Source: Vicugna vicugna
Lineage: Eukaryota
Length of the DNA: 62,000 bases
Direction: 5' to 3'
Assembly: GCA_013265495.1 (NCBI GenBank)
Contig: MU057744.1
Coordinates: 620,001-682,000, forward strand
Below the pieces are notes generated by a model. The model was given only the letters and a program-made list of their open reading frames with translations, was not told the origin of the DNA and did not search any database. Made by a program: the position numbers and the translations under genes. The stretch's first letter is position 1. The number at the start of each line of letters is the position of its first letter. Below, piece by piece: positions 13,116-25,340 of the stretch.

Positions 13116-13243
13116 CTGTAGCTTCAAGAACGGAGTCTTGAGTGAGGGAGTCTTGGAACATACTTGATCGGAACAAAACAACTTGATCGTAGCTCCCTAC
13201 GCCTCCTCTCCCAACTCCCAGCTCCCAACGTCCAGGTAAATCA
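13116..13243 (-). other. LYST: Candidate LYST 5'UTR cassette exon (128 nt)
   Basis: Branch-like ctgat plus polypyrimidine ttctccttcctttatAG acceptor (13244-13245) and donor CAG|GTATTT (13114-13115), 1.8 kb upstream of the ATG exon. No transcript evidence available. Confidence 0.45.
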
Positions 13244-13465
13244 CTATAAAGGAAGGAGAATCAGACACATCAATCTTCTTAACAACGGAATCTAGGAGGC
13301 CATGGACTATCACGTGTATACTATGCACAGCCAAGTTACTACTTTCCTGTAAAACTGAACAATATCTGAGGATTATGAGAACTCAGAAAATACTAAAGCC
13401 AAACGATGAATAAAACCCCACCAAATTTCCTATCTTTGTTGACTTTTTAAAAATGAATTAATCTT

Positions 13466-13605
13466 AAAAAATTTTTATTTATTTATTTATTTGGGGGGTG
13501 GTAATTAGTTTTATTTATTTATATTGACGGAGATACTGGGGATTGAACTCAGGACCTTGTGCATGCTAAGCGTGCACTCTACCACTAAGATACACCCTCG
13601 CCCCG
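13466..13605 (-). mobile_element. tRNA-derived SINE (vic-1 type)
   Basis: A/B-box head in antisense; TSD ATGAAT(T/G)AATCTT at 13453-13465 and 13606-13618. Confidence 0.88.
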
Positions 13606-13949
13606 ATGAATGAATCTTTTGTGTACAACACAATGAAGGCTATTTCTGTTCACTAAAGGATAAATTCCTACTTCTGGGCAACAACATGCTTCTCTGTCGT
13701 TTCCTCTCTCTCTCTAGTTTTTTACCAGGCAGAGGCAAGAAGAAAATTTCCTTATTATAGTTATAAGGCAAACATAAAGGTTTATTTTGAATCGCAAGTT
13801 TTAAAATCAAAATGATCTTTAATTGCTTTATAATGCTCAAATCTAGACAACTGTCTTGAATTTCTTCCTGCTTAACAAACAGATCTAATATCACGCACTG
13901 TGGTAGGTACTTGAGAATGAAGCAGGCAGGAAACAGGACAGAGGACTTC

Positions 13950-14560
13950 GTGTGAATGAGGAAAGACCGCCCCCTCCCAAGCGGCGCGGCCCCGGCGCGC
14001 AGCGATCCGAGCGCAGCCGCGCTGCAGCCCGCGCGCCCGCCCCGCTGGCCGGCACCGGCGCCGGGGCGCCAACTGCTGGACCTAACGAAACGGCACGCCT
14101 TCCGCAGCTGCTCGCACCGCAGCGTCCGCAGGTTTTTAACTCTGAAATGATGGCCGGGGAAACGAGCATAAAGATGGAACCGCAGGGACCACTCTGCCCG
14201 CGGGCGCCCTCTGGGCTGGGCCACGGCAGGGCGGAGACACTAGAGCGACCCCGGCTGCCTCGGCATGGCCTTCAGAAGGGAGGGCGGACAGACAGCTGGG
14301 TCCACGGCTGTCTCTCTCCTACCGAGGGGCGTTTCTAGGCCACGCTGAGGGCTTTTTCTAATGCTCTTAAGCGGACGTGGCTTCTTTATCTCTGTTGTAC
14401 ACAGCCCAGCTGGGATGCCCACGGGGTTTCACTGCATCCAAGACGGCAATCCCGCTGGCCGGCACTCCGCCACGGCCCCTTACACACAGCGGTGCCTGAG
14501 CTTCCAGAGCCCCGTGTTACGGTGGTGTCCACAAAGTCTGCAAATACAGGGCGTGCGGTT
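13950..14560. promoter_or_regulatory. Intronic CpG island / GC peak
   Basis: Abrupt CpG-dense block (e.g. gcggcgcggccccggcgcgcagcg, cccgcgcgcccgccccgc) between very AT-rich flanks. Confidence 0.7.
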
Positions 14561-15054
14561 TTGTTTCTTTTTTTAATATATAAATTTAAGATGTGCTTAG
14601 GACATTTTGTATTTTGCCCGTTTCCACACTACATGGACACCTGGTAGCTACTTATCCACATGACTCTCTCACCTCCTAGATCATGAGTTCCTTAAGGCCA
14701 GGGACCCTGTCTTATTATTTTTTGCACTTTACAGCTATAATGTCACATTTTAAATTCATCATCATTACAATTTTCAACTTCTGATACAACTATTGTTATA
14801 AAGTCATAATAAATAAAACTTGCTCCCAACAATATTACTAGAATTTTTATATTCTTAAAATTTACCATAAATGAAAAGCATAATAAAAAAAATGCCTATC
14901 ATCATATATATGACCTTTTCAGAGACATAGTAGGTTTCACTTTCTCTAAATCAGTGACTGGTAAAAGTGTAAAATATAATGGCGAAAACAAAAAGCAAAA
15001 AACAGATAATGTATTAGCTACACCTCTTAGTTTTATGTCAACAATATGCCATTT

Positions 15055-16700
15055 AATTTAACAAATGTTCATTGAACACTCACTATATGCCAGCTACTAT
15101 TTTTGGCACTGGGTATAGAGCAAAAATAAAATCTCTACCCTCATGGATTCTAGTGGGGCAGAGACAGGGAAAATAAACTCATTGTAACATCAGGCAGTAG
15201 CACTAAGTGCCAAGAAAAAAACACAGAACAGAATAAGGGTGCAGAGCGACAGGAAGGCTACTTTAGACAGAAAGTCTTTAGCAAGGAATGTCTGAGAGGT
15301 GATATCTGAGCAAAAACCAGAATGAAGTAAGCAAACAGGCCATGAGTACGTGGGAAAAGAGAATTCCAGGGCACCCAGATGAGCGTACGTTTGATGCATT
15401 TGATACTGAGTGTGAGAGAAAAAGAGAAGTTAGAAATTACTACAAAAGTGAGAAAGGTCACTCACTCCTGCTTCTCAGGGACTGAAGTGAGATGTGGAAA
15501 GAGGGACTAGGGTGTCCCTCTGGATTGTTTCTCCCAAAGAATGAGAATCTCCTTCCTGCCCATCCTTTCCTTGCCCTCCTCCCCACCCCAAAAAGACTCC
15601 AAGGTTTTAAGGTTGTGAGATGAAGAACACTGCTTACTGATGGTAAAACTGGCCAGGAGGGAAAGTAAAGCTCAGGTTCAGCTGTGTCACGTTCGATAGG
15701 TCTCTTAGAAACCAAGCACAGGACATGAAGGAGGCCGTGGGGCACACCAAGCTGCAGGCCAGGTGGGGAGAACCAGTTTGTGAATCAGGTGGTGAGTCAG
15801 TGTGCGAGTTATCAGCATATAGATGCATTTTAATGAGACTAGATGGATAGAACATTCTGTAGGACGGGACTGTGGCTAGTGGCTGCAGCAATGAACAGTG
15901 GGACCGAGAGAATGAGTGTGAATGGGATAGAGAAGAAGTGCTAGGACTGAGCTCTGGGGTTAAGACCACTGAGTCCGGGGGGAGGAGGTTCCAGCACAGG
16001 AGACCAAGAAGGAGCAGCATGGGAGGCGGGAAAAAAAATCAGGAGTGGTGTTTCCCAGAAACCAGGTGAAGAAAATGTTAAACAGGAAAGAGTGATGCAT
16101 TGGGTCCAATACTGCGGAGAGGCTGAGTAAGATGGAAACTGGGAACTGACCACTGGATTTGGCAACATGGAAGTTACCGACAACCTTGTCACAGGTGCTC
16201 TCAGTAGAGCGGCAAGGAGTGGTGAAGAAATGGAGGCAAGGAATCCAGAACTCTCTTTGGAGAAGTTCTGCCAAAAAGTGTGGCAAGGAAATGGGAGCTT
16301 GAAGGGGACATTGGATAGGGGAGTATTTTTTTTTAAAAGAAGAGATATTATAAATTGTTTGTAAGCTGAGATACACAGCATGTTTTATAGCATGTTTCTC
16401 CAGCAGAGAAGGGAAGACAGATGAAAAACTAGAGTGAGAAGAGATAATACAGGAACTGTGAGAAGGAAAAGTGAAGAGGATCCAACGTCCAAGTGGAAGG
16501 AACAGCGATGGTCCATCGAACGGCCTAAAAAGCATGACTCAACACGAGCACCGATCCAGCAAGATCCATGTGTCTGGCTGCGGGAGGACTGAGATTTGGA
16601 TGCTTCTGTTTTCTCAGTGAAATAAACCACAAGGTTACCTACCAGCTGGGGGTGAAACGCGGAAGGTGTTAAACTGATGAGTGGAGCAGGGTCAAAACCA
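15055..16700 (-). mobile_element. Degenerate LINE-2
   Basis: aacaaatgttcattgaacactcactatatgccag 3' end, plus purine-rich L2 antisense body (cactggatttggcaacatggaagt). Confidence 0.75.
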
Positions 16701-19077
16701 GCAGCCCTTAAGGGACTTCCCACTAGGCTGCCAATTAGTACTGAGACACTGAAACACACTCAGTAATTGTATCCAACTCTCCACACGTCCCCAAGAACAG
16801 AGGATGCCAAATACCTCACGGGAATCTCGATGCACTACGGCCAGTGTTCTCCTGATCCGTACCTGCACATCCAGCCAAAAGCAGGAACGGGGTTACCTGG
16901 GTGAATCCGTTTTAGAGAACCCCCCTGAACTTCACTGCCCATCTGTGCCTTCCCTAGATGTTTGCAAATCTTTTAAAAAGATCTCTAGAATCTTCTGTAG
17001 AGGTGACCTCAAACTCACTAAAATCTATGGAATCTACATTCTTTTGTAATTTTGGAATCTCACTCCTCCACAGTCTTCTAAAAGTTTTCAAATTCACCGT
17101 AATAACTCAAAGACTACCAGTTCAGCAACGGCATTAACACATTTGCTCAGAATCTGAACCTGAGATGTGAAGTCATTTAGTGTAGCCAGAGATTCTGGTA
17201 CAATCTCCTCCCAACCTTGGGCTTAAATTTTCTCCTGCTATTTTTCTTACTTCCACCCTTATTAGTCTGTGTGTAGATCATTCTTCATGTCAGAGAAGCC
17301 AGAAAGAAAACAGAAGCTGAGAAGTTTCATTTACTCCCTGTATCTGATTACAGGATCAGTTTGTTTAAAAGAAGAATCTATTATTTGCTTGCTGTTTCTT
17401 CTCCACATATAGTGTAAAACGCCGGGCGAAACCTTTCTCAAAGCCTCAGGCTGCTACTCTCCTCAGGCTGTGCTCCCCCTTTATGTACATAATTTTGTTG
17501 TTATTTCCTTCATATCCTTCTTTCCTCCTTCTGCACATGTTACTTTAAAATCTGAGTTCATCCGGCCACTGCCTCTACCTTTCCTTCACACATTATTTCC
17601 AACCACTCAATAAAGACTGTCTATGACTGTCTTGCAACCACTTCCCCTTCCAGAGGCTGTATCCATGGCATCTTACCTCTCTTTTGTTTGAAATTTAGGA
17701 ACTCTCACCTTCAATTCTCTACATTCCAGCTTTGCTTCATATTCCTTTCTGTTTATTAGTTCTTCATAAACACCCCCTTGTTCCAGGCACTAAGGACACC
17801 AAATGTGAAAGCAGTCCCAGGCTCCGCCCCCAGGGAGCTCATATTATGGTGGCAAAGGTAAACCCATACCCAGGGTACTGGGTCCCGATAAGGAGCACTG
17901 AGCCCACCTGGCGAGGTCAGGGAAACTTCATGAAGGAGATGATCTGTGAGTAAAAGCGGAGCAGGTAGAGGGGGAAAAGGAGTGCAGAAAGGCATCACAG
18001 ACAGAAAGGGAGGCTCACATCAAGTCGCTGGGAGAATCACAGCACGTTTGATATCAAAAAGCAAATGAGAAGCAGGAAAACAAGGCTGGAGAGCAGTGAC
18101 TCAGGACAGAGAACAGGACTTCCTGGGCCAGACACTGTGAGCGTCTGGTGGGGTCAGCTCCTCCGCTGTCTGGGGTCCTCTAGCAGGATTCAGCTGCCCA
18201 GGTCTAAGTAGAGAACACGGACTGAGGTACTGATCTTGAGATGGGGGTTCGCAGGGCAGAGGCGTAAGTGGAAGGGAAGTGGGGGTACAGGTGAAAGAAC
18301 AATCCGTACGGTCAAAGACGGGCTACAGAAGGGCAGGGGAGAGGAGGCGGCCAGGCAGGCGCTGGCACACAAGGCAGGCAATCTCTACGCGACAGAAGGA
18401 TGGAAACGTGTGAAGGAGGAGATGGGAACTTTCAGATTTCTGAACAAGCAGTTTCAGAGGCAACAACACCCAAAGTGCAACCCTGAAAGCAGGGGTCTGA
18501 GGGTAAGTGAAGTCTGGGTCCCTGCAGGTAAGTAACCATGAAGCCAGTTTCTTGGATGACTGATCACTGTAAGCTCTTTCAATGAAAGCTCGTTGATGGG
18601 AGGGAATCTGCCTGCTGCATGTACTGCTAAATCTACACCATCTAGAACAGCACGTGGCACTGAGGAGGCATTCAGACACCCATGGACTTGGCTGAACGAA
18701 CGACGTGGCTTTTCTCTCAGGACTCCCATTCTGCTCACTTGTCTAGCAAAGCCCTCACAGTGGGTCAAAATCAGGCTCAGAGTATCAGCCCCCTGATGAT
18801 TTCCTTTACCTTCTGCAAATGAAATGGTCAATAAAGTAAGTTTTGTTTTTATTGAGTGAGACTTCCCATAGATATCTGGAGAGCTGACTTCTATATTTTA
18901 GCTCTGGTCTGGTTCTGTGATTAAGTTCCACAACCTGTCATCCAAAAGATCACAGAATTAAGCTATCACCCCCAGTCTCGTGGATTTTCACACATTTATC
19001 TTCTTGGCATACAGAACTAGCACACCTGCCCCTACACCACACCATTACTACATATATTCTTCACTTTCAGGCATTTT

Positions 19078-20852
19078 TTTTCGAGTTATAGTCAGTTTAC
19101 AATGTTGTGTCAATTTCTGGTGTATAGCACAGTTTTTCAGTTGTACATGAAGCTATATATATTCATTTTCATATTCTTTTTCACTGTGAACTACCATAAG
19201 ATCTTGTACATATTTCCCTGTGCTATACAATATAAACTTATCTATTCTATACATACTTGTCAGTATAAATCTCGAACTCCCAGTCTATCCCTACCTGCCC
19301 TCCCCTCTGCCAACCACAAGTTTGTATTCTATGTCTGTGAGTCTGTTTCTGTCTTATATTTAAGTTCATTTGTCTTTTTTTTTTTTTAAGATTCCACATA
19401 TGAGTGATCTCATATGGTATTCTTCTTTCTCTTTCTGGCTTACTTCACTTAGAATGACAGTCTCCAGGGACACCCATGTTGCTGCAAATGGCGTTATGTT
19501 GTTGGTTTTTATGGCTGAATAGTATGCCATTGTATAAATATACCACATCTTCTTTATCCAGTTATCTGTTGATGGACATTTAGGCCGTTCCCATGTCTTG
19601 GCTATTGTAAATAGTGCTGCTATGAACATTGGGGTGCAGGTGTCTTTTTGAAGTAGGGTCCCTCTGGATATATACCCAGGAGCGGGATTCCTGGGTCATA
19701 TGGTAAGTCTATTTCTAGTCTTTTGAGGAATCATCATACTGTTTTCCACAGTGGCTGCACCAAACTGCATTCCCAGCAGCAGTGTAGGAGGGTTCCCTTT
19801 TCTCCACAGCCTCTCCAGCATTTGTCATTTGTGGACTTTTGAATGATGGCCATTCTGACTGGTGTGAGGTGATACCTCGCTGTAGTTTTGATTTGCATTT
19901 CTCTGATAATTAGTGATATTGAGCATTTTTTCATGTGCCTATTGATCATTTGCATTTCTTCCTTGGAGAATTGCTTGTTTGGGTCTTCTGTCCACTTTTG
20001 GATTGGGTTGTTTGTTTTTCTCCTATTAAGTCAGATGAGCTGTTAATATATTCTGGAGATCAAGGCATTGTCAGTTTCATCTTTTGCAAAAACTTCCTCC
20101 CATTCTATAGGTTTTTGTTTTGTTTTGCTTATGGTTTCCCTTGATGTGCAAAAGCTTGTATGTTTAATTAAGTGCCATTTGTTTATTTTTGCTTTTATTT
20201 CTATTGCTTGGGTAGACTGCTCTAGGAGAACATTGCTGAGATGTATGTGAGACAATGTTTTGCCTATATTTTCTTCTAGGAGGTTTATTGTATCTTGTCT
20301 TATGTTTAAGTCTTTGATTCATTTTGAGTTTATTTTTGTGTATGGTGTTAGGGAGTGTTCTAGCTTCACTGATTTACATGCTGCTGTCCAGTTTTCCCAA
20401 TACCATTTGCTGAAGAGACTGTCTTTATTTCATTGTAGGCTCTTGCCTCCTCTGTCAAAGATTAATTGACTAAAAGTTTGTGGGTTCATTTCTGGGCTCT
20501 ATATTCTGTTTCATTGATCCGTATGTCTGTTTTTGTACCAATACCATGCTGTTTTGATTACTGTAGCTCTGTAGTGTTGTCTGAAGTCTGGGAGAGTTAT
20601 TCCTCCAGGCTTTTTCTTTTTCTTCAGTAATGCTTTGGCAATTCTGGGTCTTTTGTAATTCCATATAAATTTTATTATGATTTGTTTTAGTTCTGTGAAA
20701 AATGTCCTGGGTAATTTGATGGGGACTGCATTAAATCTGTTGATTGCCTTGGGCAGTATGACCATTTTAACAATATTGATTCTTCCAATCCAGGAGCATG
20801 GGATATCTTTCCATCTTTTTAAGTCTTCTTTAATTTCTTTAATCAATGTTTT
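19078..20852 (-). mobile_element. 5'-truncated LINE-1 (ORF2 C-terminal part plus 3'UTR), relatively young
   Basis: ORF2 peptides [24 protein letters not shown]..., [19 protein letters not shown] and MFIAALFTIAKTW. Perfect 15-bp TSD ACTTTCAGGCATTTT at 19063-19077 and 20853-20867. Confidence 0.95.
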
Positions 20853-21164
20853 ACTTTCAGGCATTTTCAAATATCTTGCCACTTTGGTGCTACCAATGAT
20901 GTTACATTTATCACTGCAGATAAAATCTGAAGCTCAACAATATGGCAGGAAGTACTCCTTGGGTCCCCAACTTTCCTCCTCAACAACTATGAAATAACAA
21001 GTGACGTGGCACTAATAAGGGAAGAGTCCACGGTGCTGCAGTTCACTTTCACTAATTCATTCACTCAGTCACTCTTTCAACCCATATTTATTACTTCTTC
21101 AACAAATATTTCAATATATCTTCTATTTCGGCTAGTTTCTGAAACTGTCCTGAATAGTCAAATC

Positions 21165-21345
21165 GGCAGCATGGTGACAGTGGTGCAAACAAAGGCAGCA
21201 GACTGGGAATCTAGAAATTACCAGCCCGTCACACACGGCTGTGTGAACTCCGGCTTCCTGTTCCGTAAGCTGTCTATCCCAGAGAGCTGCTGTGTGGCTC
21301 TCCGGAGATTATATAACGTCAGTTAACATGCTTGGTAAATGTTAC
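21165..21345 (+). mobile_element. Degenerate MIR (donor of the 120-bp duplication)
   Basis: ggcagcatggtgacagtgg...ctgtgtga...agagctgctgtgtgg...gagattatata follows MIR consensus order. Confidence 0.55.
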
Positions 21346-22804
21346 ACGCAGTTCTATTTCAAATGCCTGGCATGAGCTGCACATGATATGGCAGAGAGTG
21401 CCATCTGGAGGAGGAAAAGATCACTACAGCCCTTCCTCGCAGGCCAGTTCACATGGGCGTGGTCATGTTCTGCTGTATGCTGATACAGTTTCCAACGAAA
21501 CACTGAAAATAAAAGCAGAGGGTACCAGCATTTTTTGCCTTTTCCCTGCCTTGTGCCTTCTACAGAAAAGGAAAAGGAAAAAGACAAGAAAAAAGGTAGT
21601 AATAATGAACTTTACTCTTATAGCCTGATTAGAAAACATGCTTTTTTCTCATCAAACAGTACCACCTGAAGGAGTCAATTTCTAATGTTTCATCAAATGC
21701 CAAAAATCCTGCTAAACTGTCTTTTAAAATAACACTGTGTACTTGCCCAAATCTGTTCATTACAATAGTATTAGAGAAATTACCATTGGAAAGAATATTT
21801 TTCAGAAATGTATTATGCATCAAAAAGGAGGTGACTGCTACAAATCATAGGATTATTGTGAGGATTAAATAAAACAGTGTACAGAATAGTAAGTACTCAG
21901 TGAATTCTGCTGAGTCGGAATCTGTCATGATTTGAAGCAGCCTTCATGAAAAATAAAGGTTGGTTCATACAGACTCAAATATGCTAAGTCCCATCTCTCC
22001 ACAGTTCAATATATATTGATTATAGACTGATTAATGACCTTCCCAAAGATCTCACATATTCTTTACATCACTAAAAAAAAAAAAAGAAGGAAAAAATGCT
22101 AACACTATTTATACCATTTCATAAATGACAGGAATAAAGGAATAAACATGAATAAGTCAGAATTATAAACAATGGCAGAAACTTTAGACATCACATTCTC
22201 CAAGCTCACATTCTATCGGTGGCAAAAACTGAAGTCAGTGGGTCCAAGGTCCATGACAGTCGTCTTGGGAGTTATATGATATTTTTGGAGCTAATTAACT
22301 AGAAGTAAAATAAGCAAATTTAGAAGACACAGCCTTTCTTCTTCTGTCAGGTCAACTAAAAATTAGAGAATGGGGGAAGAAGTTTCCTTAACACTAAATG
22401 CCATCTCGAATTGTTATCCAGAACCTTTTCTCAAATCCACTAGTTTGCAATGTGTACACCTGGAAACAAGATTTGAAAATCTCTCTCTTCACACTTCTGC
22501 AACTACAACACAGAGCCATATGTCTGACACGCAGGAAACCTGGGTGGCAGAGGGGAGAGGATACCATGACCTGACCTTGTTCAGATGAACAGAATTCTCT
22601 CTAAGGAAGAAGCTAGTTAAGGCACGTAAGGTGAATTAAATTATGTAATGCTTAAGTAAGGAAATATCTATTAATGTAAGTTCTACCCTGTGAGTTTTTT
22701 GTCCTACTTGATGTGTTAAGTGATAACCATCAGAATGATTCCCAACCACAGACTTAAGACAGGAAATTTATTAGGATATTTTTTTCTTCTTGCAAGTAGC
22801 TTGT

Positions 22805-22975
22805 TTTCTTTTTTTTAATTGAAGTATAGTTGATTTACAAAATTATATTAGTTTCAGGTGTACAGCACAGTAATTTAACATTTTTATAGATTATACTCCA
22901 TTTAAAGTTATTACAAAACAATGGCTATATTTCCCCATGCTGCACACTATATCCTTGTTACCTATCATTTTATTA
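22805..22975 (-). mobile_element. LINE-1 3' end fragment
   Basis: ttttaattgaagtatagttgatttacaa...gtttcaggtgtacagcacagt. Confidence 0.8.
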
Positions 22976-23217
22976 TATACATTTTTTATTAATGTAAGCC
23001 TCTTTACAACCTGTTATAGTGGATAATAAATGTTCTATTGAGAAAATTGAAGTAAAATTTGATAGTCACTGAATAGGAAAAATTAAAATATATTTTAATG
23101 GGCTTGTTTTTATAAAATTCTTGTAATTTGAAATGAGAATTAGGAAAGGATATGACACTTTAACAAGTCTAAATTAAATAGCTGAATCGGAGAATCAGCA
23201 AAAAGATAAATGGTTTC

Positions 23218-23337
23218 ACAAAGGCAGCAGACTGGGAATCTAGAAATTACCAGCCCGTCACACACGGCTGTGTGAACTCCGGCTTCCTGTTCCGTAAGCT
23301 GTCTATCCCAGAGAGCTGCTGTGTGGCTCTCCGGAGA
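23218..23337 (+). repeat. Exact 120-bp copy of 21189-21308
   Basis: acaaaggcagcagactgggaatctagaaattacc...gtggctctccggaga is present twice, 2029 bp apart. Confidence 0.95.
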
Positions 23338-25191
23338 GAGTTTCACAAACTGGAAACTTCACAAGATGCCACAGTCCCACAATTACTGACAACTCACCAT
23401 ACCTGAGGACGATGTTCAACCGTCATTTAATCAATTAACTTCAAAAGAAATCATAAGCGTTGTTTTAGATTCTAGCAGTTGTTTAGAACTCAGGCCCTTC
23501 TTGGCAAATACTGAATTTGATTTTCTTAATTCTGCACCCAGGAGTAGCGGATCAGAAGTCAGGATGTCGCACATCCTTATGAAGTCTGGATTGCGGTCTC
23601 CAGCTCCTTAGATACTAATGTGGTATCACACACAAAAAATGTCATTAAGGCTTGGCACTCCAGACCACGTGGAGTCTGAGTAACTACCCAAGCCCCCGCT
23701 AGACATTGGACCAATTTGGACTGTGAGCAACCCACGTGCCTCCCACCCCCCAGTACCCTGCCCGTCAGGCGAGGGGAGGAGGGACGCCCACACCTCCAAG
23801 CCTTCTGTGGTGGCTCTGCTGCTCTGCGGAAAGGCTCCAGAGGCGGGGGAGCAGCCTGAGAGGCAAGAGCAGGCCAGGTGAGCCTGCAGAGGTAAGCGCA
23901 GCATCCCCCCAGCCCTTCCGCCCCGTCTGCTGCAGGGTACACAGCCAGGGGAAGAGCCAGGCACGAAGAAGCACCTCATCTAACACTCCCCGGGAGGGCA
24001 ACTCATTTACATCCTGAGCAACCGTCTCAGAAGTGAGTCTGGAACACAATCACTCATGAGAAATAACTGCCGCACCTCAAGTTCTGTCAGGAACACTGGA
24101 GCAGGCAACAAGCTGCCTGCCGGTAGAGGAAACCTGCCATGAAGTCAGTTTGCACGTTATGAATTATTTGAGAATGAAAATCTATTATAAAGTCAACACA
24201 CAGAGAGTTAAACAATCTTACACTTCCCTCAAAATTTTACAGATAAGGAAGGCCCTAAGGTAGATGGGGGCTGAGAGATTTCCCAAAAGTCACAGGGCTT
24301 CCTGGCTAGCTCTTCAGTTTCCTCCCTTATGTTCTTCCTAACAGTGCATGAAATTTTAGACAGACTTCTTACAGGCAAACTACACTTTCCAGCACGCTCT
24401 CTACCAGAACATTTCAGTGATCAGGCCTGGCACTGCCTAATGAGGCAGGAATCCTGCCTGTCTGCCCTCCAGGCGACACGCCCTGCCACCCCACACGTCT
24501 CAGTCTCCTACAGGCTCATATACCTCTTCCCATACGTTTCCCCATTTCTCATTTACATCTGGAAGTGACTGGGGGGGGAAAGGAAAATTCCGCTCCTCCT
24601 AGAAAGAAGTATTTACATTTTAACAAGAAGTAACTACACCTTCAGCTCTAATGGGCAATGCAACATAAGAGGGTAAAGCCGGCTCTGACCCAGATGTTCC
24701 ACACTGAAAACGCAGGACCGTACCAATCCCTAACTAGGAAATGGGCGCTAAAACTGGTGTGCTGTTCCTACTTTTATCCTGTATTTATGCATTCAGGCTA
24801 AGTCAACATACAAAAACGTGTTGAATGAAATATTTTCCATTTATGTAGAATTGTACAGGCTGCTCAAATATAGAAAACTCAGTAAAATGAAACAGCGTGG
24901 TGGTCTGGGGGGAAAGGGTAGACAATGAAAAAAGCAATGGCTCCAGGAAAGTATATGTACTCTTCTTTCTCACATCTCAGGGAGTCAACAGCCGGTCTCC
25001 CTCCCCGTCCCCACACCCCTTAAGTCTGGGTTAGCAGTTGCCTTGAAACCTGTTGAGAGGTCATCCTGCCTCCTCGTGTGACAGAGCTGGCCAGGAAACA
25101 AAGGGAACCCAGGCACAGTGTAGCAAGGTAGATTTTTAAAGAAAATTCTAAGGAAGTCACACCCAAACGTATCAGACTTAAGTCCTTCACA

Positions 25192-25340
25192 ATTATATTC
25201 AACTCCTTATAATAACATATAATGGAAAAGAATCTGAGAAGAAAATACATATATATACATGTGTAACTGAATCGCTTTGCTGTACACCTCAAGCTGACAC
25301 TGTGAATCAACTACACTTCAATAAAAATTAAAACAAAAAA
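25192..25340 (+). mobile_element. LINE-1 3' end fragment
   Basis: gtaactgaatcgctttgctgtacacct...gtgaatcaactacacttcaataaaa; flanked by aagtccttca / aagcccttca. Confidence 0.8.

Noticed and set aside
13640..14338. 194-aa and 128-aa ORFs over the intronic CpG island
   Set aside because: No similarity to proteins I recognise; composition simply tracks the GC-to-AT transition.
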